This document shows positions 54,404 to 64,000 of a stretch of 64,000 nucleotides of DNA, piece after piece. The DNA lies in NCBI GenBank assembly GCA_900763675.1, contig CAAFLE010000104.1:9599-73598 (forward strand). The letters are read 5' to 3'. This DNA is from an uncultured Oscillospiraceae bacterium. Its GTDB lineage: Bacteria > Bacillota > Clostridia > Oscillospirales > Oscillospiraceae. Every line of letters begins with the position of its first letter. The stretch's first letter is position 1. The position numbers were made by a program, and so were the translations under genes. The notes under the pieces were generated by a model that was not told the origin of the DNA, did no database searches, and saw nothing but the letters and a program-made list of their open reading frames with translations.

Positions 54404-55273
54404 ATGCGCCCGGACGGAACGCTCGTCAAGCACGAGGACCCCATGTACTACCTCATCCCGCATTTTCTTACGAAGCGGTATGACGCCATGAATATGATCA
54501 CGCTGGACATCCCGGAGATGCCCATGCGTGCCTATATGAACGAAAAGCGCCGGGAAGGAAAGCAGATCAGCCATCTTGCGCTGGTACTGACGGCGTATCT
54601 CCATACGATCGAGAAATACCCCGCGCTCAACCGCTTTATCAAGGGGCGGAAGATCTACCAGCATAAGGACATCAAGGTCTCCATGGTCGTTCTCAAGCCG
54701 GACGGCGGCGATACCATGTCGAAGATCGACCTGCTGCCCACGGACGACGTATTTGATGTGCAGGAGAAGATCACCAACTATATCGAGCAGAACCGGCAGA
54801 TGGGCGAGGCAAACTCGCTCGACAAGGCGATGAATATCTTTGTGGAGAAGCTCGGAGGACTTACGGGCTTTCTCATCCGTCTGGTCTGGTGGCTGGATAA
54901 CCGCGGACTTCTGCCGCAGTCGCTCATCGACGTAAGCCCGTTCCACGCGAGTCTCCTTATCTCGAACCTTGCGAGCATCCGCACGAACCACATTTACCAT
55001 CACGTTTATGAGTTCGGCACGACGAGCGTCGCTATCACTATGGGCAATATGCGCGAGGTGCCGCGCCGCGGCAAGGACGGCATTGTCTTTGACCGGTGTA
55101 TGCCGCTCGGCGTTGTGATGGACGAGCGCATTGCAAGCGGTCACTATATGGCGCAGGCGTTCGCGCAGATCAAGAAGTATCTCGCCGACCCGCACCTCAT
55201 GGAGCGCGAGAGTCTTGACGCCGAAAAGACGGCGGAGCGGAGCGAAAACGCGCCGCTTGAAAAGGCAGAGTAA
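54404..55273 (+). CDS. Stand-alone 2-oxoacid dehydrogenase E2-type acyltransferase catalytic-domain homologue
   Basis: CAT/E2-fold-like sequence ending in GVVMDERIASGHYMAQAF, at the position of the canonical DHRxxDG motif. It has no lipoyl or E1/E3-binding domain. Confidence 0.65.
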   Translation: MRPDGTLVKHEDPMYYLIPHFLTKRYDAMNMITLDIPEMPMRAYMNEKRREGKQISHLALVLTAYLHTIEKYPALNRFIKGRKIYQHKDIKVSMVVLKPDGGDTMSKIDLLPTDDVFDVQEKITNYIEQNRQMGEANSLDKAMNIFVEKLGGLTGFLIRLVWWLDNRGLLPQSLIDVSPFHASLLISNLASIRTNHIYHHVYEFGTTSVAITMGNMREVPRRGKDGIVFDRCMPLGVVMDERIASGHYMAQAFAQIKKYLADPHLMERESLDAEKTAERSENAPLEKAE

Positions 55274-55343
55274 AAAGAGAAAACCGGTTTCTCCTGCGGC
55301 AGCTGCGCCGGGAGAAGCCGGTTTCCTGCTATGCCGGGAGATT

Positions 55344-55372
55344 TTGACATCCCCGGCGCAATGTGGTATTCT
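55344..55372 (+). promoter_or_regulatory. Promoter for the PPK2/PPK1 operon
   Basis: TTGACA, 17 nt, TATTCT with an extended -10 TG. Confidence 0.5.
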
Positions 55373-55374
55373 AA

Positions 55375-55414
55375 ATAGATAAAAAGACTTCGGAATAGAT
55401 AAAAAGACTTCGGA
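55375..55414 (+). repeat. Perfect 20-bp tandem duplication in the 5' UTR
   Basis: ATAGATAAAAAGACTTCGGA occurs twice back to back (55375-55394 and 55395-55414). The second copy runs into the GGAGG SD of the gene at 55425. Confidence 0.95.
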
Positions 55415-55424
55415 GGCGCAGAAA

Positions 55425-56951
55425 ATGCTTCACGATTTTAAACCGGAAGAGGACGGATTGGATAAAGCGCAGCGAAAGGCGGAGATCCGCCGGCTGCGGG
55501 ATAAGCTCACGGCGCAGCAGCAGAGCGTCATGGCGGCAAAGCTGCCCGTGATCGTTCTGGTGGAGGGCTGGGACTGCGCGGGAAAGGGTCATCTCATCAA
55601 CGAGCTGATCAGCGAGATGGACCCGCGGTTTTACCGCGTGGCGACCTATAAGCGCGTGCCGGAGGACGAGGAACGCTATCCGTTTCTCCATAAGTTCTTC
55701 GAGCCGCTGCCGGAAAACGGCAAATTCCTTTTTATGGACACCGGCTGGATGGAGGACTGCGTTTCCCGCTATCTCCGCCGGGAGATCACATCCGAGGAGT
55801 ACGAGCGCCGCGTAGAGGCGTGCAATATATTTGAGCGGCAGCTGCGCGACAACGGCTATGTCGTTATAAAGCTCTTTCTGCACATCTCCCGTGCCGAGCA
55901 GCTCTCGCGCATTGCCGCGCTGCGCGAAAATCAGGATACCGAGTGGCGCGTCACCCGGGACGATCTCTGGCAGCAGAAGGAATATAACCGCTTCCGCCGC
56001 GCTTACGGCGATTTTATGGAGGATACGTCCGAATCCGGCAAATGGCACGTTCTCGATGCCGAGGGGCGGAAAAAATGCCTGCTCGCGGGCTTTCGCGCCG
56101 TTACGGAGACAATCGACGAAGCGCTGAAAAACGGGCGGTATGTCGGAAAGCCGACGGACACGCGCTTCCCGCTGCTGGGAAAACCGTCGCTGCGCGACGC
56201 CGATCTCTCGAAGAGCGTCACGCCGGAGGAATACAAGACCGAGCTCAAGCGCCTGCAGAAAAGGCTCGCGGCACTCCACAATACCATCTACCGCAAGCGC
56301 ATTCCGGTCGTGATCTGCTTTGAGGGCTGGGACGCCGCCGGAAAGGGCGGCAGCATCCGGCGGCTTGCGTATCCGCTCGACCCGCGGGGGTTCGACGTTA
56401 TCCCCATTGCAAGTCCCACGCCGGGCGAGCTTGCCCGTCACTATCTCTGGCGGTTCTGGACGCGCCTGCCGCGCAGCGGTCATGTGACGATCTTTGACCG
56501 GAGTTGGTACGGCCGCGTCATGGTCGAACGGATCGAGGGTTTCTGCGGCGAGGACGACTGGAAGCGTGCCTACGGCGAGATGAACGAATTTGAAAAGGAG
56601 CTGACCGATTACGGGACGGTCGTTCTCAAATTCTGGATCCATATCGACCCGCAGACGCAGCTCGAACGCTTTGAGGAGCGGCAGAACACGCCGGAAAAGC
56701 GCTGGAAGATCACCGATGAGGACTGGCGCAACCGCGAAAAGTGGGGGCTGTACGAACAAGCCGTCGAGGAAATGCTGCAAAAGACCAGCACCGAATATGC
56801 CCCGTGGCATATCGTGGAATCCGTGGATAAGAAATACGCCCGTCTGCGCGTCTTGCAGATCGTGACGGACGCGCTGGAGCGCTCGGTAAACGAGCATATC
56901 ACCCGAGGAGTGAAAAAGGAATGTGCAAAGCCGAAAAAGGACCGGAGCTGA
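55425..56951 (+). CDS. Two-domain PPK2-family polyphosphate kinase (polyphosphate:AMP phosphotransferase-like)
   Basis: Two PPK2 repeats, each with a Walker A-like block (VEGWDCAGKG and FEGWDAAGKGG); the second has DRSWYGRV. Confidence 0.85.
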   Translation: MLHDFKPEEDGLDKAQRKAEIRRLRDKLTAQQQSVMAAKLPVIVLVEGWDCAGKGHLINELISEMDPRFYRVATYKRVPEDEERYPFLHKFFEPLPENGKFLFMDTGWMEDCVSRYLRREITSEEYERRVEACNIFERQLRDNGYVVIKLFLHISRAEQLSRIAALRENQDTEWRVTRDDLWQQKEYNRFRRAYGDFMEDTSESGKWHVLDAEGRKKCLLAGFRAVTETIDEALKNGRYVGKPTDTRFPLLGKPSLRDADLSKSVTPEEYKTELKRLQKRLAALHNTIYRKRIPVVICFEGWDAAGKGGSIRRLAYPLDPRGFDVIPIASPTPGELARHYLWRFWTRLPRSGHVTIFDRSWYGRVMVERIEGFCGEDDWKRAYGEMNEFEKELTDYGTVVLKFWIHIDPQTQLERFEERQNTPEKRWKITDEDWRNREKWGLYEQAVEEMLQKTSTEYAPWHIVESVDKKYARLRVLQIVTDALERSVNEHITRGVKKECAKPKKDRS

Positions 56952-59101
56952 CGCCGCCCGCCGCGCCGGAGGAGACCGCCGCGCCGGAGGACGCGCTGCT
57001 TTGCGAAGCAAAGGAACAACAGCTCTTTCTTGACCGCGAGCTGAGCTGGCTGCAATTCAATCTCCGCGTGCTGGAGCAGGCGGGCGATCCGACCGTGCCG
57101 CTGCTCGAGCGGCTCAAGTTCCTCGGCATTTACCGCTCCAATCTGGAAGAGTTTTTCATGGTCCGCGTCGGCTCGCTGACGCACCGCGCCGCGCTTTTGC
57201 CCGACGAGCGCGACGAAAAGACCGGGCGCACGCCCGGCGAGCAGGTCGCGGATATTCTCGCCGCCGTCGCCGCGCAGCAGGAGCGGGAGGAGCGGATCTA
57301 CCGCCGCCTGTTCGAGGATATGCGCGACGCCGGGATCGACGTGCTGGATTTTCATAAAATGACAAAGCCGGAGGAGGTCGTTGCGAAAAAGTTCTTTTCC
57401 GAGCTGCGTCCGCTCCTCTCGCCGCGGGTGGTGGACGGCGGACACCCGTTCCCGTTCATCTCCAACCGCGAGGTTTATGTGGCGGCGTCGCTGGGCAGAG
57501 GCGAGGACTTCCGGCTGGGGCTTGTCTCGCTGCTGCGCATTCCGCCGTGGCGCGTGGTCGAGCTGGACGGACGGCAGAAGGTCATGCTCACGGCGGAGCT
57601 GGTGCGCCATTTCGTGCCGCAGCTTTTCAAAAAGCAGGAGGTGCGCGACGCCGTGCTGCTGCAGGTGACGCGGAACGCCGACGTATTCATTGACGACGAT
57701 CTGCGCGGGTACGACGCGGATTTCCGCGCCAGCATGGAAAAAATGCTGCGCAAGCGCAAGCGTCAGCAGCCGGTGCGGCTCGTGATCGGCGGCAAGCCGT
57801 CCGGACGGCTGCGCTCGGCGCTCGTGAAGGAATTAAAGGTCCCCGAGCAGAACGTATTCACGGTGAAGCTGCCGTTCGATCTTTCGTTCGGCTCCGGCGT
57901 AAAGAAGCTGCCCGGCATGAAATATCCCGAGCGGCGCAGCCGGAAAACGGTAAAGCTGCAAAAGGGCGAGTTCTTCCCATATCTCGAAAAGAAGGATCTC
58001 CTGCTTTCGTACCCGTTCCAGAGCATGAGCGCTTTCGTGGAGTTTCTCTACGAGGCGGCGGACGATCGGGACGTTGTGTCCATCCGCATCACGCTCTACC
58101 GGCTCTCGGCAAGCAGCAAGGTCGCCGCGGCGCTCGCATATGCCGCCGACCGGGGGAAGAGCGTTCTCTGCCTGCTGGAGCTTCGGGCGCGGTTTGACGA
58201 GCAGAACAACATCGACTATTCCGAGGTGCTGGAGGACGCCGGCTGCCAGGTCATCTACGGGCTGCCGGAGATGAAGGTCCACAGTAAGCTGTGCCTTGTC
58301 ACGCGGCGGCGCGGCGAGAGCGTGCAGTACTTCACGCAGGTCGGCACCGGCAACTATAACGAGGTCACGAGCGAGCAGTATACCGATCTTTCGGTCATCA
58401 CGTCCGACGAGCGCGTCGGGCGCGACGCCGCGCAGACGTTTGAAGCGCTTGCCACCGGGCAGACGCCGCCGGAGACCGAGTCGCTCTGGGTCGCGCCGCT
58501 GAGCTACCGTTCCCGCGTGCTGGAGCTTATCGCCGCGGAGACGGAAAAGGGCGCCGCCGGGCGCATTGCGATCAAGGTCAACTCCATGAACGACATCGGC
58601 GTTATGCTCGCGCTCATCCGCGCCTCCCGCGCCGGGGTGCGCGTGGAGCTTTTCATCCGCGGCATCTGCTGTCTGCGCCCCGGTGTGCCGGGCTATACCG
58701 AAAACATCGCGGTCCGCAGCGTCGTGGGACGGTATCTCGAGCATTCGCGTATCTTCGCCTTCGGCGAGGGGACAGAGCAGCGCATTTTCGTCGGCTCGGG
58801 CGATCTTCTCAACCGGAACACCCGCCGCCGCGTGGAGGCGTTCATCGAATGCACCGCGCCGGAGACGCGCACCGGCGTTCTTGCCATTCTCGACGCGCTG
58901 CGCGGCGATAAGGAAAAGAGCTGGACGATGCAGCCGGACGGCACATATCTCCGCGGGGAGATCGTCCCCGGCACGGCGAGCCACGACACGCTCTATGCGT
59001 ATTTCGGCGCACAGACCGTTGAACCGCTCCCGCCGGAGAAAAAGCACGGCTGGCTCTGGCGGCTGTTTCACCCGAAAAAGAATACTACTGCACGGAAATG
59101 A
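56921..59101 (+). CDS. ppk1: Polyphosphate kinase 1
   Basis: RELSWLQFNLRVLEQA N-terminus and PLD-like HxK blocks (KVHSKLCLV, YLEHSRIFAF). It overlaps the PPK2 gene by 31 nt. Confidence 0.9.
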   Translation: MCKAEKGPELTPPAAPEETAAPEDALLCEAKEQQLFLDRELSWLQFNLRVLEQAGDPTVPLLERLKFLGIYRSNLEEFFMVRVGSLTHRAALLPDERDEKTGRTPGEQVADILAAVAAQQEREERIYRRLFEDMRDAGIDVLDFHKMTKPEEVVAKKFFSELRPLLSPRVVDGGHPFPFISNREVYVAASLGRGEDFRLGLVSLLRIPPWRVVELDGRQKVMLTAELVRHFVPQLFKKQEVRDAVLLQVTRNADVFIDDDLRGYDADFRASMEKMLRKRKRQQPVRLVIGGKPSGRLRSALVKELKVPEQNVFTVKLPFDLSFGSGVKKLPGMKYPERRSRKTVKLQKGEFFPYLEKKDLLLSYPFQSMSAFVEFLYEAADDRDVVSIRITLYRLSASSKVAAALAYAADRGKSVLCLLELRARFDEQNNIDYSEVLEDAGCQVIYGLPEMKVHSKLCLVTRRRGESVQYFTQVGTGNYNEVTSEQYTDLSVITSDERVGRDAAQTFEALATGQTPPETESLWVAPLSYRSRVLELIAAETEKGAAGRIAIKVNSMNDIGVMLALIRASRAGVRVELFIRGICCLRPGVPGYTENIAVRSVVGRYLEHSRIFAFGEGTEQRIFVGSGDLLNRNTRRRVEAFIECTAPETRTGVLAILDALRGDKEKSWTMQPDGTYLRGEIVPGTASHDTLYAYFGAQTVEPLPPEKKHGWLWRLFHPKKNTTARK

Positions 59102-60663
59102 GGCATGAATCCATGAAAGACGCATTGGCGCTGGTATTTGACGTCGGAACGCAGAGTGTCCGGGCGATGCTGTTTGACACCGCCGGGCATATCGTCAGCT
59201 CGGCGCAGGACGTGTATGAGCAGCCCTACTATTCCCGCAATCCGAACTGGGCGGAGCAGCGCCCCGATTTCTATTTCGAGCATATGTGCATCGTTTCGCA
59301 GCGGCTCAAGGACTCCGCCCCGGCGGCGTTTGCCCGTGCTGCGAGCGTTGCGGTGACGGTGTTCCGCGATACGACCGTGTGCATGGGCAAGGACGGCCGC
59401 CCGCTGCGCGACTGCATCCTCTGGATGGATCAGCGCCGCGCCGAAAATCCGAAGCCGCTCCCGGCGGACCGCAAGGCGCTGTTCGCCCTTGCCGGCATGA
59501 CCGAGACCATTGATATGCTCCACCGCACCGCCGCCTGCAACTGGATCGCCGAGAACGAGCCGGAGCTGTGGAAGGAAACGGACAAATACGTCTGTCTTTC
59601 CACGTATCTCAACTACCGTCTCACCGGGCGCATCGCCGACAGCAGCGCGAGTCTGATGGCGAAGATCCCCTACGATTACAAAAACCGCACATGGGACAAA
59701 CACGGGCTTACCCGCTGTGTGTACGACATTCCGCAGGATAAGCTCTGCGAGATCCTGCCGTCCGGCACGACGGTCGGCGGCGTAACGCCCGAGGCGGCGC
59801 GGCTGACCGGCATCCCGGCGGGGCTTCCGCTGCTTGCGACCGGCTCGGACAAGGGCTGCGAAACGATCGGGCTTTCCGTCATCCGCGAGGATCAGGCGGC
59901 GCTCTCGTTCGGCACAAGCTGCACCGTGCAGTTCACAAGCAAAAAATACTTTGAGCCGACGCCGTTCATGCCCGCGTACCCCGCGGTGCCGAACGATATG
60001 TACAACCCCGAAATTCAAATTCTGCGCGGCTACTGGATGCTCACATGGTTCAAGCAGAACTTTGCGCAGGCGGAGTGCGAAGCCGCCAAGGCGCTCGGCT
60101 GCTCGGCGGAGGAGATACTGAACAAGCACCTTGCCGACATCCCCGCCGGGAGCGACGGACTGCTCGTCCTGCCGCACTGGACGCCGGGGCTTTCCACGCC
60201 GAACACCCGCGGCGCGATGATCGGCTTTACAGACCATCACACGAAATACCATATGTACCGCGCCATCATCGAGGGACTGAACTTCGCGCTCATGGACGGA
60301 ATGTACGGCATGGAGCGCCGCTCGGGGCAGAAGATACGCCATCTCTATCTCGGCGGCGGCGGCAGCCGCAGCGACGAGATCTGCCAGATCACGGCGAATA
60401 TGTTCGGGCTTCCTGTCTCGCGCATCCAGACGCACGAGTCCTGCGCTCTCGGCGCGGCGATCTGCTCGTTCGTGTCGCTCGGCGCGTTTGATTCCTACGA
60501 GGACGCTATCGCGCATATGGTGCAGATCCGGGACACCTTCACGCCGGACGCGGAGGAACATAAGCTCTACGAACGCATTTACCGCGAGGTCTACCGCCGG
60601 TATTACCGCGCCGTGACCCCGCTGCACAAGCTCCTCGGCGCGATCACGCGCAAAGAAAAATAA
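59098..60663 (+). CDS. FGGY-family carbohydrate kinase
   Basis: LALVFDVGTQSVRAMLFD (N-terminal actin-fold phosphate loop) and the GGGSRSD block. Start is either 59098 (ATGA overlap with ppk1) or 59113. Confidence 0.85.
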   Translation: MRHESMKDALALVFDVGTQSVRAMLFDTAGHIVSSAQDVYEQPYYSRNPNWAEQRPDFYFEHMCIVSQRLKDSAPAAFARAASVAVTVFRDTTVCMGKDGRPLRDCILWMDQRRAENPKPLPADRKALFALAGMTETIDMLHRTAACNWIAENEPELWKETDKYVCLSTYLNYRLTGRIADSSASLMAKIPYDYKNRTWDKHGLTRCVYDIPQDKLCEILPSGTTVGGVTPEAARLTGIPAGLPLLATGSDKGCETIGLSVIREDQAALSFGTSCTVQFTSKKYFEPTPFMPAYPAVPNDMYNPEIQILRGYWMLTWFKQNFAQAECEAAKALGCSAEEILNKHLADIPAGSDGLLVLPHWTPGLSTPNTRGAMIGFTDHHTKYHMYRAIIEGLNFALMDGMYGMERRSGQKIRHLYLGGGGSRSDEICQITANMFGLPVSRIQTHESCALGAAICSFVSLGAFDSYEDAIAHMVQIRDTFTPDAEEHKLYERIYREVYRRYYRAVTPLHKLLGAITRKEK

Positions 60664-60670
60664 GAAAAAA

Positions 60671-60704
60671 CCGTTTCCCGAAAGTACATCGGGAAACGGT
60701 TTTT
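60671..60704. terminator. Bidirectional intrinsic terminator
   Basis: CCGTTTCCCGA-loop-TCGGGAAACGG, with an A-run before and TTTTT after. Confidence 0.75.
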
Positions 60705-61843
60705 CATTCGTTGTATACGACCGGCGGGCGGTCCGGGTCAAGAACGCTGTCCACATCGAAAAAAAGCTCGTTGAGAGTGTCGCGGTAATAGGTCATCGAA
60801 TAGCCGCCGATCTCAATGCGCGACTGGAGGGCGTAGCCGTCGTACAGCTCGTTGACTACATGGTCGTCCACGGTGCAGTAGATATTGAACCCGGCGTTCA
60901 GCACGTGCTGCAAGGCGTCGCCCGTCGCCCGGTAGCCGAAGGGCGCGAGAAAGAGGTTCGTCGTACCGATCCACGGCGTTACGCGGTCGACCCACTTGTT
61001 GATGTCATAGTAGATCTTATCGGGATCGCAGCCGCTGCCCCAGAAACCGTATACGCCGGAGTTGTGCGTATAGCTGTGGCTGGCAAAGCTCCATCCGCCG
61101 GCGCGGAGCGCGTCGGCGACCTTTTTTATCTCGGTCTGGCAGGCGGGATCGTCGTAGCTCGCGTAGCCGAACGCCCCCTGAAAGCCGGTGAGCGCGATCG
61201 TCCCCTTGTGTCCGTTCCACGAAAAGTCCGGATGGTCCGCCACAAAGGCGTCCACGACGCCCATCACGTCGCCGTCCGGGATCACGTCCATCCCGCCGGA
61301 GGGGTTCGGAACCTCATAGAGCAGCGAGCCGGACTCGCTCACGAAAAGGCGGCTCGCGTACCCTGCGCCGTAGGCATACGCCACATCGTCCACCGAGAGG
61401 ATGAGCGGCATTTTCCCTGCGGGGAGCAGAATCTCCTTGCGGCGCATTTTGCCGTCCGCCATTTCGTAGCACTCGTTCAGATCGTAAAGGACGTACCCGC
61501 GCTCGTAGAGCTGCGGCAGAATCTTTTCCAGCTCCGCTTTTTCCGCAAACCCGGCGTTGTAGCCGCCCATCGGCGTTTCCCGGTCGGTGAACACCATTTC
61601 GGGGTAGACGATCAGACTGTGAAAGAAAATGTGGCGGATATCGCCCTCATACGGTACGAGCGGCTCGCTCGTCGGCGCGGCGGTCGGCGTCGGCTCCGCG
61701 GTGGGGGAGGGCGTCGGCGCGGCGGTCGCCGTGGGCGACGGCGTCGGAAAGAATAGATCGAGCGCCGCTTCGCCGCTGCATCCGGCGAAAAGCGATACAA
61801 GCAGGATCAAAGAAAGAAAAAGCAAAATCGTTCGTTTCATCAT
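60704..61843 (-). CDS. Polysaccharide deacetylase-like lipoprotein
   Basis: Signal peptide with lipobox SLFAGC, a Pro/Thr/Ala linker, and blocks LILSVDD, FASHSYTH and LFLAPFG. The track start at 62077 is too early. Confidence 0.7.
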   Translation of the reverse strand: MMKRTILLFLSLILLVSLFAGCSGEAALDLFFPTPSPTATAAPTPSPTAEPTPTAAPTSEPLVPYEGDIRHIFFHSLIVYPEMVFTDRETPMGGYNAGFAEKAELEKILPQLYERGYVLYDLNECYEMADGKMRRKEILLPAGKMPLILSVDDVAYAYGAGYASRLFVSESGSLLYEVPNPSGGMDVIPDGDVMGVVDAFVADHPDFSWNGHKGTIALTGFQGAFGYASYDDPACQTEIKKVADALRAGGWSFASHSYTHNSGVYGFWGSGCDPDKIYYDINKWVDRVTPWIGTTNLFLAPFGYRATGDALQHVLNAGFNIYCTVDDHVVNELYDGYALQSRIEIGGYSMTYYRDTLNELFFDVDSVLDPDRPPVVYNE

Positions 61844-61910
61844 GGCTTCATAGTATCCGCCGCGACGGAAAAAGTCAAGGCGCGAGAATTTCCCATTCCG
61901 TAGGAGAAGT

Positions 61911-62213
61911 TTAAAAAATCCCATGGTTGTATTTGATCTGTCCGTACAGAATGAATGCCAGACCGACGGCGAGCCCCAGAAGAACGATGAACGAAACGGC
62001 AGCCTCATTCCGCAGGGAAACAAAAAACGCCGCGGTGAGCGAAATGCCGATGATGAGCGTTCCCGTGCCGACGGCACGGCCGTATTTCGGGATGTCCTCT
62101 TCTCTGACGTTCCGGCGGTTGTAGGCGTGGATCGTGCGGATGTTCCCCTTTATATTCACCGCACCGAGAACGGACAAAAGAATGCCCACAATGAGCAGCA
62201 GATAGTTTTCCAT
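61911..62213 (-). CDS. DUF3784-like small membrane protein
   Basis: Three TM segments. AAGGAGG precedes the ATG at 62213. Confidence 0.6.
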   Translation of the reverse strand: MENYLLLIVGILLSVLGAVNIKGNIRTIHAYNRRNVREEDIPKYGRAVGTGTLIIGISLTAAFFVSLRNEAAVSFIVLLGLAVGLAFILYGQIKYNHGIF

Positions 62214-62223
62214 GACGGCCTCC

Positions 62224-62430
62224 TTAAAAATAAAACAGCTCTTCAAATTTCTTATCCAGAGCGATGCAGAGGACTAAGGCAAGCTTTGCCGTGGGATTGA
62301 ATTGGCCCGTTTCAATGGAGCTGATCGTATTTCGCGATACGCCCACCATCTCCGCAAGCTGCGCCTGAGAAAGCGCCTTTTCCGTACGAGCCTCCTTCAG
62401 CCGGTTTCGGAGTTTCAGCTCATCGTTCAT
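62224..62430 (-). CDS. Small XRE-family HTH regulator (68 aa)
   Basis: LKEARTEKALSQAQLAEMVGVSRNTISSIETGQFNPT. ATGA-type overlap with the upstream gene. Confidence 0.85.
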   Translation of the reverse strand: MNDELKLRNRLKEARTEKALSQAQLAEMVGVSRNTISSIETGQFNPTAKLALVLCIALDKKFEELFYF

Positions 62431-62756
62431 CCGCGCACCCCAACGAGCCGTACAGCGAAAAGAACAAGGAACAGGAGAAACATGGCAAAATACAAAATGG
62501 TGAGCGTAAGCTCCGTTCTCCTTTTCTTTTTTCGGTATATCACCAGACTGTGCGTGCCGAGAATGCTGAAATAAATGACCCAGGGACTGTAGAGCATCGT
62601 TCCGGTCGCCCAGACGAAGACCACGGACACCAGACAGCACACACATGCGCCGACACGCCCGGCAATATTCCCGGCCTGCTGTGCCGTTGCCGCTTCCGCA
62701 AGATCCCGGTTCTTGTTTTCCCGGCGGCTGATCGCCAGAATTTCTTCCTTTTCCAT
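62427..62756 (-). CDS. Small membrane protein (first gene of the membrane-XRE-membrane operon)
   Basis: CAGGAGG precedes the ATG at 62756. Three predicted TM segments. Confidence 0.6.
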   Translation of the reverse strand: MEKEEILAISRRENKNRDLAEAATAQQAGNIAGRVGACVCCLVSVVFVWATGTMLYSPWVIYFSILGTHSLVIYRKKKRRTELTLTILYFAMFLLFLVLFAVRLVGVRG

Positions 62757-62895
62757 ATCGATCCTCCTGTGCCAAGTTTTCTTGTCATTATTATAGCAAC
62801 GCCAAGTAAACTTGTCAACAGGAAACAATGCTCCTTGCCCGGCGCGGGGAATTGTGGTAAAATTCATATCCAATCTTTTGAAGGAGACACCACGC

Positions 62896-64000
<1,105 letters not shown>

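Noticed and set aside
55371-60756. Minus-strand ORFs of 546, 333, 430 and 562 aa.
   Set aside because: They are antisense to the PPK2, ppk1 and FGGY kinase genes. Their composition is shadow-ORF-like.

Overview
GC-rich chromosomal segment whose gene content suggests an anaerobic Firmicute, probably Clostridia/Oscillospiraceae-like. That placement is inference from HydABC [FeFe]-hydrogenase, FeoAB, a four-subunit 2-oxoacid:ferredoxin oxidoreductase, YlmH and a tiny Cys-rich TM protein. I support about 57 protein-coding genes on both strands, mostly housekeeping: prfA, rpsU, guaB, mltG, cobB, pepP, ppk1, tex and others. By eye I found no rRNA, tRNA, CRISPR array, transposase or integrase. The supplied ORF track has two limits. 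It is full of long Arg/Ala/Gly-rich antisense shadow ORFs, which are typical of high-GC DNA. It also misses genes that run off the window (a SUV3-like helicase at 1..1938 and tex at 62896..64000) and genes under 60 aa (rpsU and a 48-aa Cys/Gly/Asn microprotein). Many listed ORFs start too far upstream, so I re-set starts using Shine-Dalgarno spacing. The best candidate for an undescribed system is a ten-gene operon at 26.1-37.4 kb, divergent from a GntR/FCD regulator. It combines an OFOR (delta, alpha, beta, gamma), a fused ADP-forming acyl-CoA synthetase, a LarA-family racemase/epimerase, an IlvD/Edd-family dehydratase, two transporters and an MBL-fold hydrolase. I read it as a ferredoxin-reducing, ATP-yielding route for a hydroxy- or sugar-acid. 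Other points worth a second look:
- a PAP2 phosphatase fused to a barstar-like domain
- a TsaC-CoaE fusion
- a secreted protein whose only sensible start codon is ATA
- an AT-rich island with a T19 homopolymer and a decayed ORF
- a probable leaderless ylmH
- a perfect 20-bp tandem duplication in the 5' UTR of the PPK2 gene
- an S24 repressor with palindromic operator candidates
All functional calls rest on motif recognition from memory, not on database searches.
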